DNA from: Phoronis australis
Lineage: Eukaryota; Animalia; Phoronida
Assembly (NCBI GenBank): GCA_002633005.1
Contig: NMRA01000241.1
Location: forward strand, 1 to 53,573
Length of the DNA: 53,573 nucleotides
Reading direction: 5' to 3'
How positions within the stretch are numbered: position 1 is the first letter of the stretch; the number at the start of each line of letters is the position of its first letter. The position numbers were made by a program, and so were the translations under genes. The notes beneath the pieces were generated by a model, which saw nothing but the letters and a program-made list of their open reading frames with translations, was not told the origin of the DNA and did no database searches. This document shows positions 25,887-38,259 of the stretch, piece after piece.

Positions 25887-28079
25887 TGCTTTGCTCCCAT
25901 CTGTTGTGACATGTCAGCATGCATTTTGTGACCCTGAACGTCATTTCAGTTTATTCATCTTTTTTAATAAATGTTAGGGCTCCAGTTAGTATGTTTGTGA
26001 AATAGTCGGGATTAGAAAGGGCGTTAATTAAAGTCAACCCGATTGCACCAGCAAGTCAAGTAACAAACGTCTGGTGCAAGCGAATGGTAACACAGTTGAT
26101 AAACGGGTAAATTGTACACGACCCAAACACTAATACATGAGTACAACCCAGAGTACACTAACTAAGATGCAGCCAGCCAATATATACGTATTACAAGAAG
26201 CTGTACACAAAACAGTTGTCACAGGTCTAGAGAACTGTAGTAGCAAGTATCAGCCCACCAAAATATGATTAACTACGGAAGTTACGCACCTGTATCGTCT
26301 TTCATGCATCGGGTAAGACATATCCCTGTGTGTGCCCTCAAGGAAATGGCCGCAATCTGACACAGCAGGCCGTCCCACTCGAGAAAATTCCATCGGTAAT
26401 TTCTAAGAAGAGGTTATTGCACTTTCCAATAAACTACGAGGACTTCAGTAGAGACCGTTGTATCAATAATTATTTGAAGTATATCTGAAATAATTACAAA
26501 AATTACAACTGCTGAAGAAGAAAGTTTCAAAGTCAACCAAGACATCAAAGTGCAACAATCAGGTAACCACTTCGTTCCACCATCCAGATCAATAAACCCG
26601 CCTTTTAGAGACACTGAATACCGAGCGAAACGGTGTTTTCAATGGATCATGTGATCCTACAGAGAAGAAACCGAAGACATCTTCGTAGGAATTGCATATG
26701 AATGGGGACTTTCATAAACTAAACCGCGTGGGGGCTACGACAAAGTTAAGATACGGGTCCTTCGCCAGCCTTGTTTAGTGAACAGAGATTTACCTTAGGG
26801 GTCGTGGTCCCTCAAACAATTGACGGATAAACTGGCGTTTTTTTTTTCAAGCCTGTCACCTTCCACGTCATTTCCTTCAATTTATTACAATTCGCACTGC
26901 TAAATTTTCTCGCCGCGAGACAGGTATTAAAGTCTACGTCTGGCGAGGTAATGAAATTCAGGATGACTCGGATATTTCGAAAATCAACTATTCACCTAAC
27001 TGTCGTAATTACGATATTTCAATTTTTCAATAGCATGTTACGTATTTATAGATTTCCTCGATATTACGAAATCACATGTTCGTAAAATCGTCACGATTCA
27101 ATAATTCATCGCATTTCATGAATTCTTAATTGCAGTTGCTTACCTATTCATTAATTCGTAACATTATTTGGATTCATTAATGCATTGCATTGATTAAATC
27201 GTAGTATTCACTCAGAAAATCGCACTTAATTTGTAGCCTTCATAGATCATTGGCGGGGAGTTACACCCCCGAAGCCTCCAAAAAATAAAAGTTAAAAAAA
27301 CGTCGCTAGCAAAACAAAAACGACACTGCCAGCATTTTTGAACTTCAAGTAAACCACCTCAAAAAGTGAAGGGGTTCACCCTGAAAATCTAATTTCTTTG
27401 CATTGTGATTTGCTGTAATCACGAAAAGCAACGCATATCGAGTTTTCGTAGCTCACCGGCAAGTCGCGCGGAGTTCAATTGTGCGAGCTTCCGTCGATAC
27501 TTCTGATCGTATAGCCAAGCAGCACGTTAGATGCATCTACCGCGGAAAAAGCAGATCTATAGTTACTTTTTTAGGTAACTATAGTCTTTACTCTACGATA
27601 TGTTTTGATTTGATTAAGGAAAATACTGTGGTACCGCAAACCTGATATTCAGGCGAATAGACGTGCAACGTTTTACCTCATCTGCCATCCCTTGTCATGT
27701 CATTACAATCCTGGACCACACGCTTGTAACTTGAATTTGCCTGGTGTATAATAAAGTTGTCTTGCGCAATAATCATACAGTGTGCATGTAATGTGTTTAT
27801 CTGAAAAACAATCAATTCGTTTTCCGAAGAATTGCTGTCGTGGCGGGNAAGCCTATACAAGGAATAAACCCGGGGGGTGGCACTCACATTGACAAGGTGA
27901 CCGCATTCGCGAACAGTGTACAGTACCAGAAATTTCGGGTAGACTGTACTTTCTCAGCAGTCTTGCGGTACTCGCGCGGTGTTCAATAAGCTTCCTAAGG
28001 AGCACTGGTTCCGACCTCAGCAGTGTCTGTCTTCTATACGGGGAACTTCTGCAAAAAAGCCCACCCGATCAAACGCCCA

Positions 28080-29380
28080 TGCCTATGGGCGTTTATTAGA
28101 TGCTACAACTTCGGGACGTTAATTCCAAAAATTGCAAGAGATGCAAATTGGTCCTGGGATACATCGTCGTTGACACAAGCGCAAGTTTTGAAGCAGTCCA
28201 TCATGAACGGGTCAAATATAGTTGCGCTTGTATCTCTTTTGAATGGACTTGACAACCTCAAGGAGCTTAGTGCCAAGCTGCCAAACAAGATGCTGACATT
28301 GCACAGGCTTACTAGCTCACTGATATAGCAGTTGACGAAGTGCAACCATTGGAAACAAATATCGAATATGCCTGGGTTGAACGGTTCCAAGACGCGCACA
28401 CCATTGGATCCAATATACAGATTCCTAGGCAATCCAGACAACAAAAGCATAGGGCTAACGTTCCTGTAGAAACACACAGGTAATAAATTATAATTCTACA
28501 CAGTCTGCACATAATCGCGATTTTCTGGCATACTTTTTTCTTTGGTGCTTTTGTACAATGGAAACAAAATAGAAATTATTTTTGGACATGCCAAATTTAC
28601 CCAGTAAAGCTCAGGGTCTACGAGCGTACAGAAACTAATTCTAGTTTGTATTTCCACTTGACTGTTTGTCTGATTCATAACCAATATCTAATTCACGTAG
28701 TGCGTAGTTAAGTTTGTAGTCAATAGTTGTTTCTTCCACTAAGTACTACAGAAAAACAGTGAGAATACCCTTCTTATAGACAACCTCTCACATCATGCAG
28801 TTGACCACCAGGTTTTTGAAAGACATCAAGCAGGTGGAAGCTGTCATTTTTTGCGGCATTAGTGGTTAGCAAGATGAAGCACGTACACTTAGACTCAATG
28901 GAGGATCGGCTGCATTTCAGGGACATACTGTAGACCTGTCATCACCAGATTCCCTTTTCGACTATCGGCATTTTGAGTAACCCGTTGCATCTTCTGTTAA
29001 ATTACCGATTGACCTATGTAATAGTGGAAACATAAAAAGCGTCAATATCTTTTGCTCTCATTTCAGCAATAACTCCGACGCTGGCGGTCCTTTTAGAATG
29101 CTCAAAGTCGAAAGGAATTGCCAAATAACAAGCTTGGAGATGGCGACATCTTCCCAAACGTCAGGGAACTGTTATTAATAGGATGGTTTATCCCCTATCC
29201 TATTAAATCCTGTGAGGCAGAGAGATCACTTTCTGTGCTCAGGCACGTGAAGACACATTTGAGGAAATACTTTTTAGGTTAGCTCTGATGGCCATGCATT
29301 ACAAAACAACGAAAAGACTATACACGTCACTTATAGTCCAGAGCTTTATCCGGAGCATCCCAAGGCGTGTGTTCTGCAAC
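28080..29380 (+). pseudogene. Decayed hAT transposase (THAP12/PRKRIR-like), C-terminal half
   Basis: Motifs NIVALVSLLNGLDNLKELSAKL, DIAQAY, IPRQSRQQKHRANVP, YYRKTVRIPFL, DIFPNVRELL and EAERSLSVLRHVKTHLR...RLALMAMH (hATC dimerisation domain), spread across frameshifts. Confidence 0.85.
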
Positions 29381-31712
29381 TTTTTTTTTGATTGAGTGAA
29401 AGTGCGCCAAGTTTTGTCAATGAGTGACGGCAAGATGTATAAAATACATGTATGAGCCACCACTAGGGATTAAAAAGTTTTGAGCAGTTTTCAATTTAGG
29501 CTTTTTACATAGCAGGTCCGTAGCCAGCATAGAACGGGGGGTGTTTCGAATTTCTAGAACGGTGGACCTTTGATCTCTTGCAAATGTCGACACCAAAGGG
29601 TTTCAGGAAAGGCATTTGACGGAGCTTAATTATGGGGGAAGGGAAATCTGTATACAAGACGATGACTCTCCGCTCTATGTTTGTGAGATGAGACGGAACA
29701 TGTAGTACCAGAAATTAGAATGCTGTGGCGGTTACTCGCAAAGAACGGGACACAAATTCGATGTAATGTGGTCCAGCAATAGAACGTTCTCTCGTTACTC
29801 CTGCCAAAATTTGAAATCAGGCATGCTTAAATGAGTGATTACACCTCATTACATGCTCGGACGGAAGTATGAAGTTTAGTTGGAGAATGACCTCACAAAA
29901 TTGTTTATCTTGTTGTATGTTTGCCCGTTACTGAAGTTTCTTACATCGCTGGAAATGCGAGAAGCCCACTCTTTCGAAGGTCTTCTACTCTGAAGATTCA
30001 CTGCTTCCAAGATTCTCTAATCTCCAGGGTGCTTGAATCGCTTACAGATGCCGAGATTGTACAACAGCAGGAGAGATGGGCAACAAAGCGCCTCATAGAG
30101 CGAGGATGGTAAAAACTCGTGTCAGGAGAAAAGATCGAAGAGTGTGTAACCACCACAAACTTGGTTGCATCTCCAAATTTACATTGCGTGCGATACTGAA
30201 AGGAGGAGGGGCAGAGACTATCCCGGTGCCTACCCTCTGACGTCACCACAGAAACAGAAACAGAAACAGATTCTCTACTCTGAAGGTTTACTGGTCCGAA
30301 AATATCTAAACTTTCAGACTTGTGTGTGGGTGTAATTTCTATGCTTTTACACGCAAAAGTAACGACACTTCGGTTATAACATGTAGACTGCATGCACATA
30401 TACTAAAACACTTTGTTTGGATTTCATTTAGACGGTGACCACCGTCTAGCTGACCAGTACAACTAGGGACGGTGGTCACTGTTTGGATTCATTATCAATG
30501 TGCATGCCAGGTCTGCTAATTTTCATCCCTTCTTGTGGTGCTTTTTTCTGATCCAACCCTTTTGACGGGACAAAATGGAAGTTTAAGGGTCCATTAGACC
30601 CCGCTTGGTTGTCGCGAAACTTGCAGAAAAAGTTAACACGTTCCGGCTCTGACATTTTCTCTTGCAATGACCAAACTGAGATAAGTCAGATGTTGATACT
30701 GTGAAGCGTTAGCTCTTCTACTTATTAATGGCTGCCACATGCAGGAATCGCATATCATACAAATGCATCTGTGAAGGTGCGTCCGTCTAATTTCGATCGA
30801 AGGTGCCGGGCCGCAGGCATTTTCACTTTTTGCGAAACGTGAGTAAACTCCAAGCTTGTAGAACGTTCGTTGACTGGTGACAATTTGCAATTATTTGAGT
30901 AAATAAAAAATATCAAGAACGGAACTCGACACGATGATAAAACAGGCAAACAAGGGGCAACTAAAGTAAAGTAAACAAAAAAGTAGAATTCCCGCAAAAA
31001 CGAATCGAATTTTTATCACGGGGAGACGATCAAGTTGTCGTAATGACACACGAAAGGGTCATTTTCTTCGTACTTTAACTTACAACCGAAGTCGCAAAAT
31101 ATGTCTCAAACCGTTGTACCGTCATGAAGACAAGAGTAAAGCGGAGCGTTCAAATGCGCCCACGAATGCAACGCAAACGGTGTGCTTCTAGGGGTGATTA
31201 TTTGAACATAAAAACGGCCATTTGATGACCCAAAATACGTCAAATCTATTCGAAACCTGGTATGTACCATGAAAGCTATTTACCAAATTTCATAAAAAAA
31301 CGTCAAGGAACTCATGAGAAACCGAGGAAAACGAAAAAAAAAGAAATTGCCACTAAAGGCGCAAAAAACATAAGTGCCATTAAGAGAGGCCACAGTAGAT
31401 GAAGTCATCCATCCGAAAGTCGCCGTCCTTTGTTATCTAGTTCGTATAAATACACTTGCTAAATTTATTAAAAACCTGCAGAGGATTTATGAGATACAGC
31501 CATGGGTTTAAAAATACCACTAGGAGGCGCCACAGCTAGTTGTTGAGGTCGTCGGAAAATCATCATTAGGAACATATAAATGCCAATTTCCACAATCATC
31601 TTTAATGTGGTTTGGTTGACACAGGGTAGTCAGATGCCAAAAAACAGACTCGAATGTTGTGCGTGAACTTGGAATCATGAGTGAACTTGGAGCGTTTGCG
31701 ACATCTAGTGTG

Positions 31713-34066
31713 CAGCTCGGGCAAATCACAATCAAGGTCCATATTCGGTGGCCACTTTTAGTGGAAAATGAAGGTTGTCGTATAACTGTAAAAACTGGCT
31801 TATTTTAAAATACCATCATTCCAGGTTAGTAATCTAAAATATTTTGCACAAGAACCACCGAATAAAATGTTATGGCCTAATGCAACACAGTTGTATAAAA
31901 GGGTAGGCCTACGTACACTTCAACTTGTTTCACAGCCCATTTCTACAGTGCAAAAATTCATAAGTTAGATGTTAATTTAATAAGTTCTTGATCAAATTGA
32001 AGGAGTAGCACATACTAAAGTAAGAAAAGTTATTACCGTGCTGATCGAGTTGTTCTAAATGATGATACTTTGCATATCTTAACACAGTATAATGAGAACT
32101 TCTTCTCTTGCATTACATGATACCTACAAAAAGAAAATGACAAGTAACTACTTTTTTCAAAAACTTTATTGGTGCTATTTGCCTAGTTTTCAATACATTC
32201 ACCAGTTGGTCAAAATAGTTAAAGCATTGCTATTACCAGTGTTCCACTTGTAAACAGTTAAAAATGGTACTGGTTTGGGGGTACGTACACTACGCATAGT
32301 CAATCAACGTCAAATTTTAACTAAGTTACAAGTGTATGGGATGGTCTTGAGTTTTGTGCTACCTCTACTTGTTGCAAGTTGTCTTGAGAGATAGAGAACC
32401 TGCCTCTGCAACATCAATTGTCACATGATGGCTCTTCTAGGATGTTAAGCACTAGCCAAGTCCTGAGTGACATTTTATTGTCAATAAAATTGATAATGTC
32501 CATTGTTTTTTGTCAGACTGGATTCATTTTGGAAATATCAGTATTGTTTATGAGAACAACAGTTCTGGCGGTATGTAAAAATACTTGTGGGCAATACTTT
32601 ATAGCAAAGAGGTTGAAGGTACGTATACTACCCAGGGGTACGTACACTACATATCAATGACTTTTCAGATTTATAAAAAATACTTAGAATCTACTGAGAG
32701 TTAGTTCATTTACCAAATCTGTTCAAACGGAACAAATAAAAAGTACAGCATACATGTGCATACCTGTCTATCGTTCTTTGAAAACAGACACATGTTATAT
32801 TGTAGGGGTACGTACACTACACAAGTCCTAATATTTCTATCGAAACAAATGTATTTGTAATTAACACCCTTTTAACCTAGCATTTTAATGGAGGAAACTG
32901 TGACAAGGGTTGCTTACTTACCATGTAATATTTTTGTTTCATGGTACTTGTTCACATCGGGGTACGTACACTACACACGGGTACGTACAATACATTTCAA
33001 TGACATGTCAAGTTTGTAACTAAATACTAAGAATCTACTGAGAGTTAGTTGATTTACTAACTCAATTCAAAGAGAAAAATAAAAATAACAGCATTCATGT
33101 GCATATCTGCCATACTTTGAAAATAGGCACAAATATAATATAGGGGTACGTACACCACACAAATGCAATATTTCACTCAAAACAAATGTATTTGCAATAA
33201 ACACCCTTTTAACCTTACATTTTTAAGGAAGGAAACTATCTATGACCAGTGTTGCTTACTTACCAAGTGATATTTTAATTTCATGGCATTTGTAAGCACG
33301 GAGGTACGTCCACTACAAAAGAGGGTACGTACACTACATCACAGTTTCTGCAGCACATGGTAACATAATCTTGTATGGCCATTTATTTTTCTTTGATGAT
33401 AATAATGTTGTTATTTAAAAGGCAATAATTTCCTTTCCAATGACCATTTGTGTTGCTGAATTCCACATGAGGGTACGTACACTACAGTTTGTTAGCCTTT
33501 TGACCCATTTTCAACATAGCAGAACCCATTCAATATCCAAACTTTTGGTTTGTTTAGATAATGAGTAATTTGCTGTGTTGCCTAGGCTAACATATTCTGC
33601 AGTTCTTTTTATTACAGAGTGTGAACTTTAGGTTTTAACCTTCTTTACATTAGGTGAGGGCTAGAAACACAGAATTCACAAATTTCGTAACGAGTGCCTG
33701 CTTTATGATGAACCCTACCATTTCTCACTGATTAAGCACAATTTCACCTAAGTGATTCTGAAAGTGACTCGAGTTATTCCCAGTCATATCTAAGCAATTG
33801 CTTACTTGGTAAAATAAATTTCTTTTCTACTGTTGACATTGTGATGTTTAAAGTGGCCACTAGTAACGCTAAAAGTGCTTGAAATTCATAGACAAAAACA
33901 TGCATAAATTTCTTAAACATTGTCTGATTTTGATGATTCTTTTTAATTTGCACAACTAAATAACTCTTTGCATATGAGATTCAGTTTGCATTTGGTAAGT
34001 GATCAAAAAAAATATTTGAGACGGTAACACTCGAATATGGACCTTGATTGTGATTTAGCCGAGCTG
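31713..34066. mobile_element. Non-autonomous DNA transposon with ~35-bp TIRs
   Basis: CAGCTCGGGCAAATCACAATCAAGGTCCATATTCG at 31713, with its near-perfect reverse complement ending at 34066. About 11 internal GGGTACGTACACTAC motifs and an internal ~340-bp duplication. Confidence 0.85.
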
Positions 34067-36957
34067 TTAAGTAAATTAAATTTTGCCGTCAGTCGAATGG
34101 TGGACATGAATTCGTGTGTCGTGAGTTATTGTTTCTGTTTTAATTATTTTTATTGCTCATTCTGTATGTTATTCTGGTCTTGGTAATTGTTTCCAAAGGT
34201 GGTTGGGTGGGTGACCGAGGGGCTGAAATGACCGGCAACCTGGGACCTTTGCAATGAAAAGGATTAAGAGCTAGGATACAATGAATGACTAATAGTAGTA
34301 CCTACCGTAACGAGAGGGGTTTAGTATTGAGCAATTTGCCATGCCCCGTTGTACCTGCCACCTGATCCCCCCGTGTATACGCCAGTGCCTAGAGCTCGCA
34401 ATTTGCTCGTAATTGGTGGAAGTGTTTTCATTTTATATCTCACTTATGACATCGTCAATCGTTGCCAGTATGGCCTTAAGCAAGGATGTGTAATCCTATC
34501 TGATTAAGGAAGAAGTTTAGATAACACTTGTTGAGTAAAAGTGTTATTTTTGGCAAATAAAGTGGAAATGATAATTTCATTTTAAACGTGCAATTTGATG
34601 AATATTAGTTTTTCATTGGTATGCTGTGTGATGTCATCAGGTCTACATATTGATGACAATCAGACAATAGTTACAGAACACAACTCTCTGAGGTTTTGTT
34701 GACAGGTTTTGAATGCTCTCATAGAGACGATTAGACTTTTCTGGCCTACGATATTTGTGCCTTTCTCTGCTGCAGACCCACATAACAATCGCCAATGTAT
34801 GTAAAAAACTTTATGATATACAGACCGAAGTGGCCCAGTGAAATAATACTGTCCACACCACTTGCTTTGGCCCAATATCTTACAAACCACTGCCCAGCAT
34901 TCGCTGTTTGAAAAGCAACCATGTTAGACTGAGTGAGGTAACATATCAATATGCGTCTTTTGCAGGTTGTCAACATCTCTAAATACAGTTGAAAACATTT
35001 AAGAGACAGTCCATATAAAAACCAGTAGATTTTCAAAAATCANCGATATTTGTGCCTTTCTCTGCTGCAGACCCACATAACAATCGCCAATGTATGTAAA
35101 AAACTTTATGATATACAGACCGAAGTGGCCCAGTGAAATAATACTGTCCACACCACTTGCTTTGGCCCAATATCTTACAAACCACTGCCCAGCATTCGCT
35201 GTTTGAAAAGCAACCATGTTAGACTGAGTGAGGTAACATATCAATATGCGTCTTTTGCAGGTTGTCAACATCTCTAAATACAGTTGAAAACATTTAACAA
35301 CTGGACTGAAACATGGTGGCATACAGTAATGTTTGATACAAATATTCCAATGTGAGTGAGGAGCATACAGAGGTAATGACATGTCTAAGTTTTGTTAATA
35401 TTGCTTTTTGGTTATGCAAGATAGGTCATTTTCAGCTTTTTTATGCAGTTGTCACTGTCCTTGAAGGTTGTCTTCTATCTAGAAAGTGTTTGTTCCATCA
35501 ACGCTTTCATTTATAGGTTGTATATAGTTGTTTATAGCAAAATAAAACATCAACAGCGTGAAGCGCGAAGAAAAAGAGAGTCAAGTAACTAAGATCGGTA
35601 TCGGATGAGGAGGGGGCTCAGATCCCAGATCGCGGCGGAATCGTGTTCCCATTTTTTAGTCCACCGATAGATTTTCTGAACAGAAAGTCTACATCCCTGC
35701 TCCCACAACTTTCGGACCCCCTGTGTACATACAATCGCGCTTTGCCCAATTCCCTGAGGCGACATATTGGGCCGCCCCCCTTATGGTATCCTAAATCCGC
35801 CAATGCATAGTACATAAAATACTTGAATGCGATGGGTGATCTTGTTTGAATATGCTGACAAATAAATTATCATTTTCAAAATGTGGAAACAGAGAATAAT
35901 AGATTTTCTATTTACTTGATTTTCTTATAGATAGAACATTCACCTACCGACAATAAATCTCTACCCTTTTCACTTTTCAAATCTCGCTGTATATGTATTT
36001 GTCACAGGTATTATGCACGTCAACCTGAAAAAAATTGTCTGTAATGCGTATTTTTAATTGAAGAGTTTTGTATGTAGTATTATCGTGTTTGCATAAAAGG
36101 AATTTAAACTATTCTATTTATTTTAAACAGGTTCCAAGCAGCTTCTTGTGTTCCAGAAAGTCACGGATAGGAGGAAGAGTCCCCCTCAACTGACGCAGGA
36201 CGTTCAAGCTACTAAATCACGGACACACAACTGGTCTCATTGACAGCACATGTTAGTGAACATCTTTATCGCTTACACAGAATTGGTGATAACCATTCGT
36301 GCTGACTTTGCACTGTCTGTAGGTCAACAGATTATCCAAAGTTGGAGGACCCCATTTCATTGCTGTTACAGCATTTGAAGCAGCTTGCCAATGAATCACC
36401 TTAAATGCAGCATATGTCCCTCTCAGGTCTTTGTAACCTAATCTGCCCAATAGATCAGTCTATATTTCTTTTATTAAATGGCTACTGGTGCTTCTTTAAT
36501 GCTTTAATGTACTGCCATTGTCTGCTTGCTTTGGTGTCAGGGTTTATGATTTTTATAGTATCTGATTGGTCACAGCGCTAGTTGCGTAACATCCTGGTGG
36601 AGTAAATGAAAAATGTTATTCCGCAGTTAGGTGAATCAAAATTATCAAACTGTGTTCCTGACAATCAGAGGACAGAAGTATCAGTTGTCATGTAATGAAA
36701 CAACATGAGTAACCCAAAATTTAATGTCAGGACATAAGGTTATGTGGCACCTTACTGACGAATATCTACAGACGTTGGAATTTAAAGGAGAATGCCACTC
36801 GATTTAATTAGTCATTTTTGTCGTCTTAATCGGTCTATATCCACATAGCCTCGCATACGGTCGACCTTACATTGCCGAGAGGTGTCGCGTTAATCTGTGA
36901 GGAAGGTGAGAAACGACGCAGCGACGTCAGTGGTTCATTTGCAGAGTGAATGCCGCT

Positions 36958-37140
36958 ATGTTGCGGTGCATCGTTCCCGCTTGTACGAACTATGCAGCTG
37001 CGAGGACAGCGGGTACATCGTTTTTTCGACTTCTTCGAGAGTTCGAAATGCTTAGGAAGTGGCTCGCAGAAGTGAAGAATGAAAAGTATGAGGCCGTGAA
37101 ACATCTCCGTGTCTGTGGCCTGCAGTCGTGGACAGTGCCT
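36958..37140 (+). pseudogene. THAP zinc-finger remnant (left arm)
   Basis: MLRCIVPACTN...SFFRL.RE..MLRKWL...LRVCG follows the THAP pattern, but the terminal HF is lost. Confidence 0.75.
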
Positions 37141-38259
37141 GAAGAATGCCGGCTTCAAGCTATTCATATGTTCCGTTGTCTGAGCTTGTTCACGGCGCCT
37201 CTCTAGTATTTCTCTATCACTGTATTCCGGACCAAACTGATAGCCTGTGAAACTTAACGATCCACCTGCGAAGTCTTCGTCGGGATGAGCTCTCGTCTAA
37301 GTCGGGATGGCGAGTTGCCACTTGGCATGTTGTCGTTCATTACTGAGCGTTGTGTTTCAAAATGAACCACTCTCACCCTGACCAATATAAAACTGAAACA
37401 AGCCGGTCTGTCTCATTAAAAGCAATTTGCATTGCCTTTGAAGTGCTCGTGAATGCAAAAAAATTGAGAAGCCAGCAATGAACAAATCAGTGCGTTACCG
37501 GCTTTAGGTGGAATAAACTAATTGACAGGACACAGAGGCCGTGTGAGCTCATGCTAATTCAGTGTTTGCTGACAGAAGCAGTTGTGAAACAACTCGATTT
37601 CTATCACTCTACGGCCAGGTGTTAGGGGAATCTTTATCTACATTTACATCATTCAAATAATGATTTTCAATGTATAACTTCTACCCTGACGGTTCTGTTG
37701 CCAAAGCGGAACCTGACTTCGCGGCCCCCGACAATCGAGTAAGTAGATTTACAGTTTTTTGGCTAATTCATCAACATAATCACGTGCACATTACTTCTTT
37801 GGCTCACTAGTATAGTATTTTCTTGACTGGAAGCTTAGTTTCCAACTTTGGCTGGTTTATGTTCGTGATGTCTTCAGCCCCGCCGGCTGCGACGGGTCTG
37901 ATTGGTTTCCGAGCCACTGGCTTGGATAACGAGTCAGATCCGGCCGCGATTGACGGGCTTGATTGGACTCCGAGCCACTGGTCAGTATAACCAGAAGTTT
38001 GTGTGTTTAGAATTAAAAAAATCACAAGTCTAAACAATACAAATCTAGGTTATCCTGTCTGTGTCTCACGGAAAAATACTTTATCTCCGACGTAGCACTT
38101 AGGCGGGCCCCAGCCAAGCTGCCGAAGACAGCGCAGGCAGACTCCGACGTAGCACTTAGGCGGGCCCCAGCCGATTTGCATAACCACAAGTCATGAGAAC
38201 AAGAAATTTGGCAGCCAAGTTTCATTCACAACACAGCTGTTGAGTGGTGAGCACACACA

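Larger units (their letters stand above)
1416..26330. repeat. Tandem array (macrosatellite) of ~9-10 diverged ~1.95-2.0-kb units interrupted by TE insertions
   Basis: Marker CCAGTTCCTGGAAGAACC recurs near 1800, 4937, 7046, 9016, 11587, 14023, 16650, 18905 and 24574. Marker TTAGTCGGGATTAGAAAGAACG recurs near 2501, 5634, 7760, 9685, 10330, 12765, 14735, 17361 and 26003. Spacing is ~2 kb after subtracting insertions. Paralogous short ORFs (MLVQVLVGIRKNV...) recur in the ORF track. Confidence 0.95.

Noticed and set aside
29921-30997. Several 60-130-aa ORFs and a hairpin at ~30433-30480
   Set aside because: No recognisable motif or splice-supported structure; probably decayed repeat.
34749-35297. 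Exact 254-bp tandem duplication (34749-35002 and 35044-35297) producing twin ORFs
   Set aside because: The copies are identical and separated by an N at 35043, so this is most likely a contig-overlap assembly artefact.
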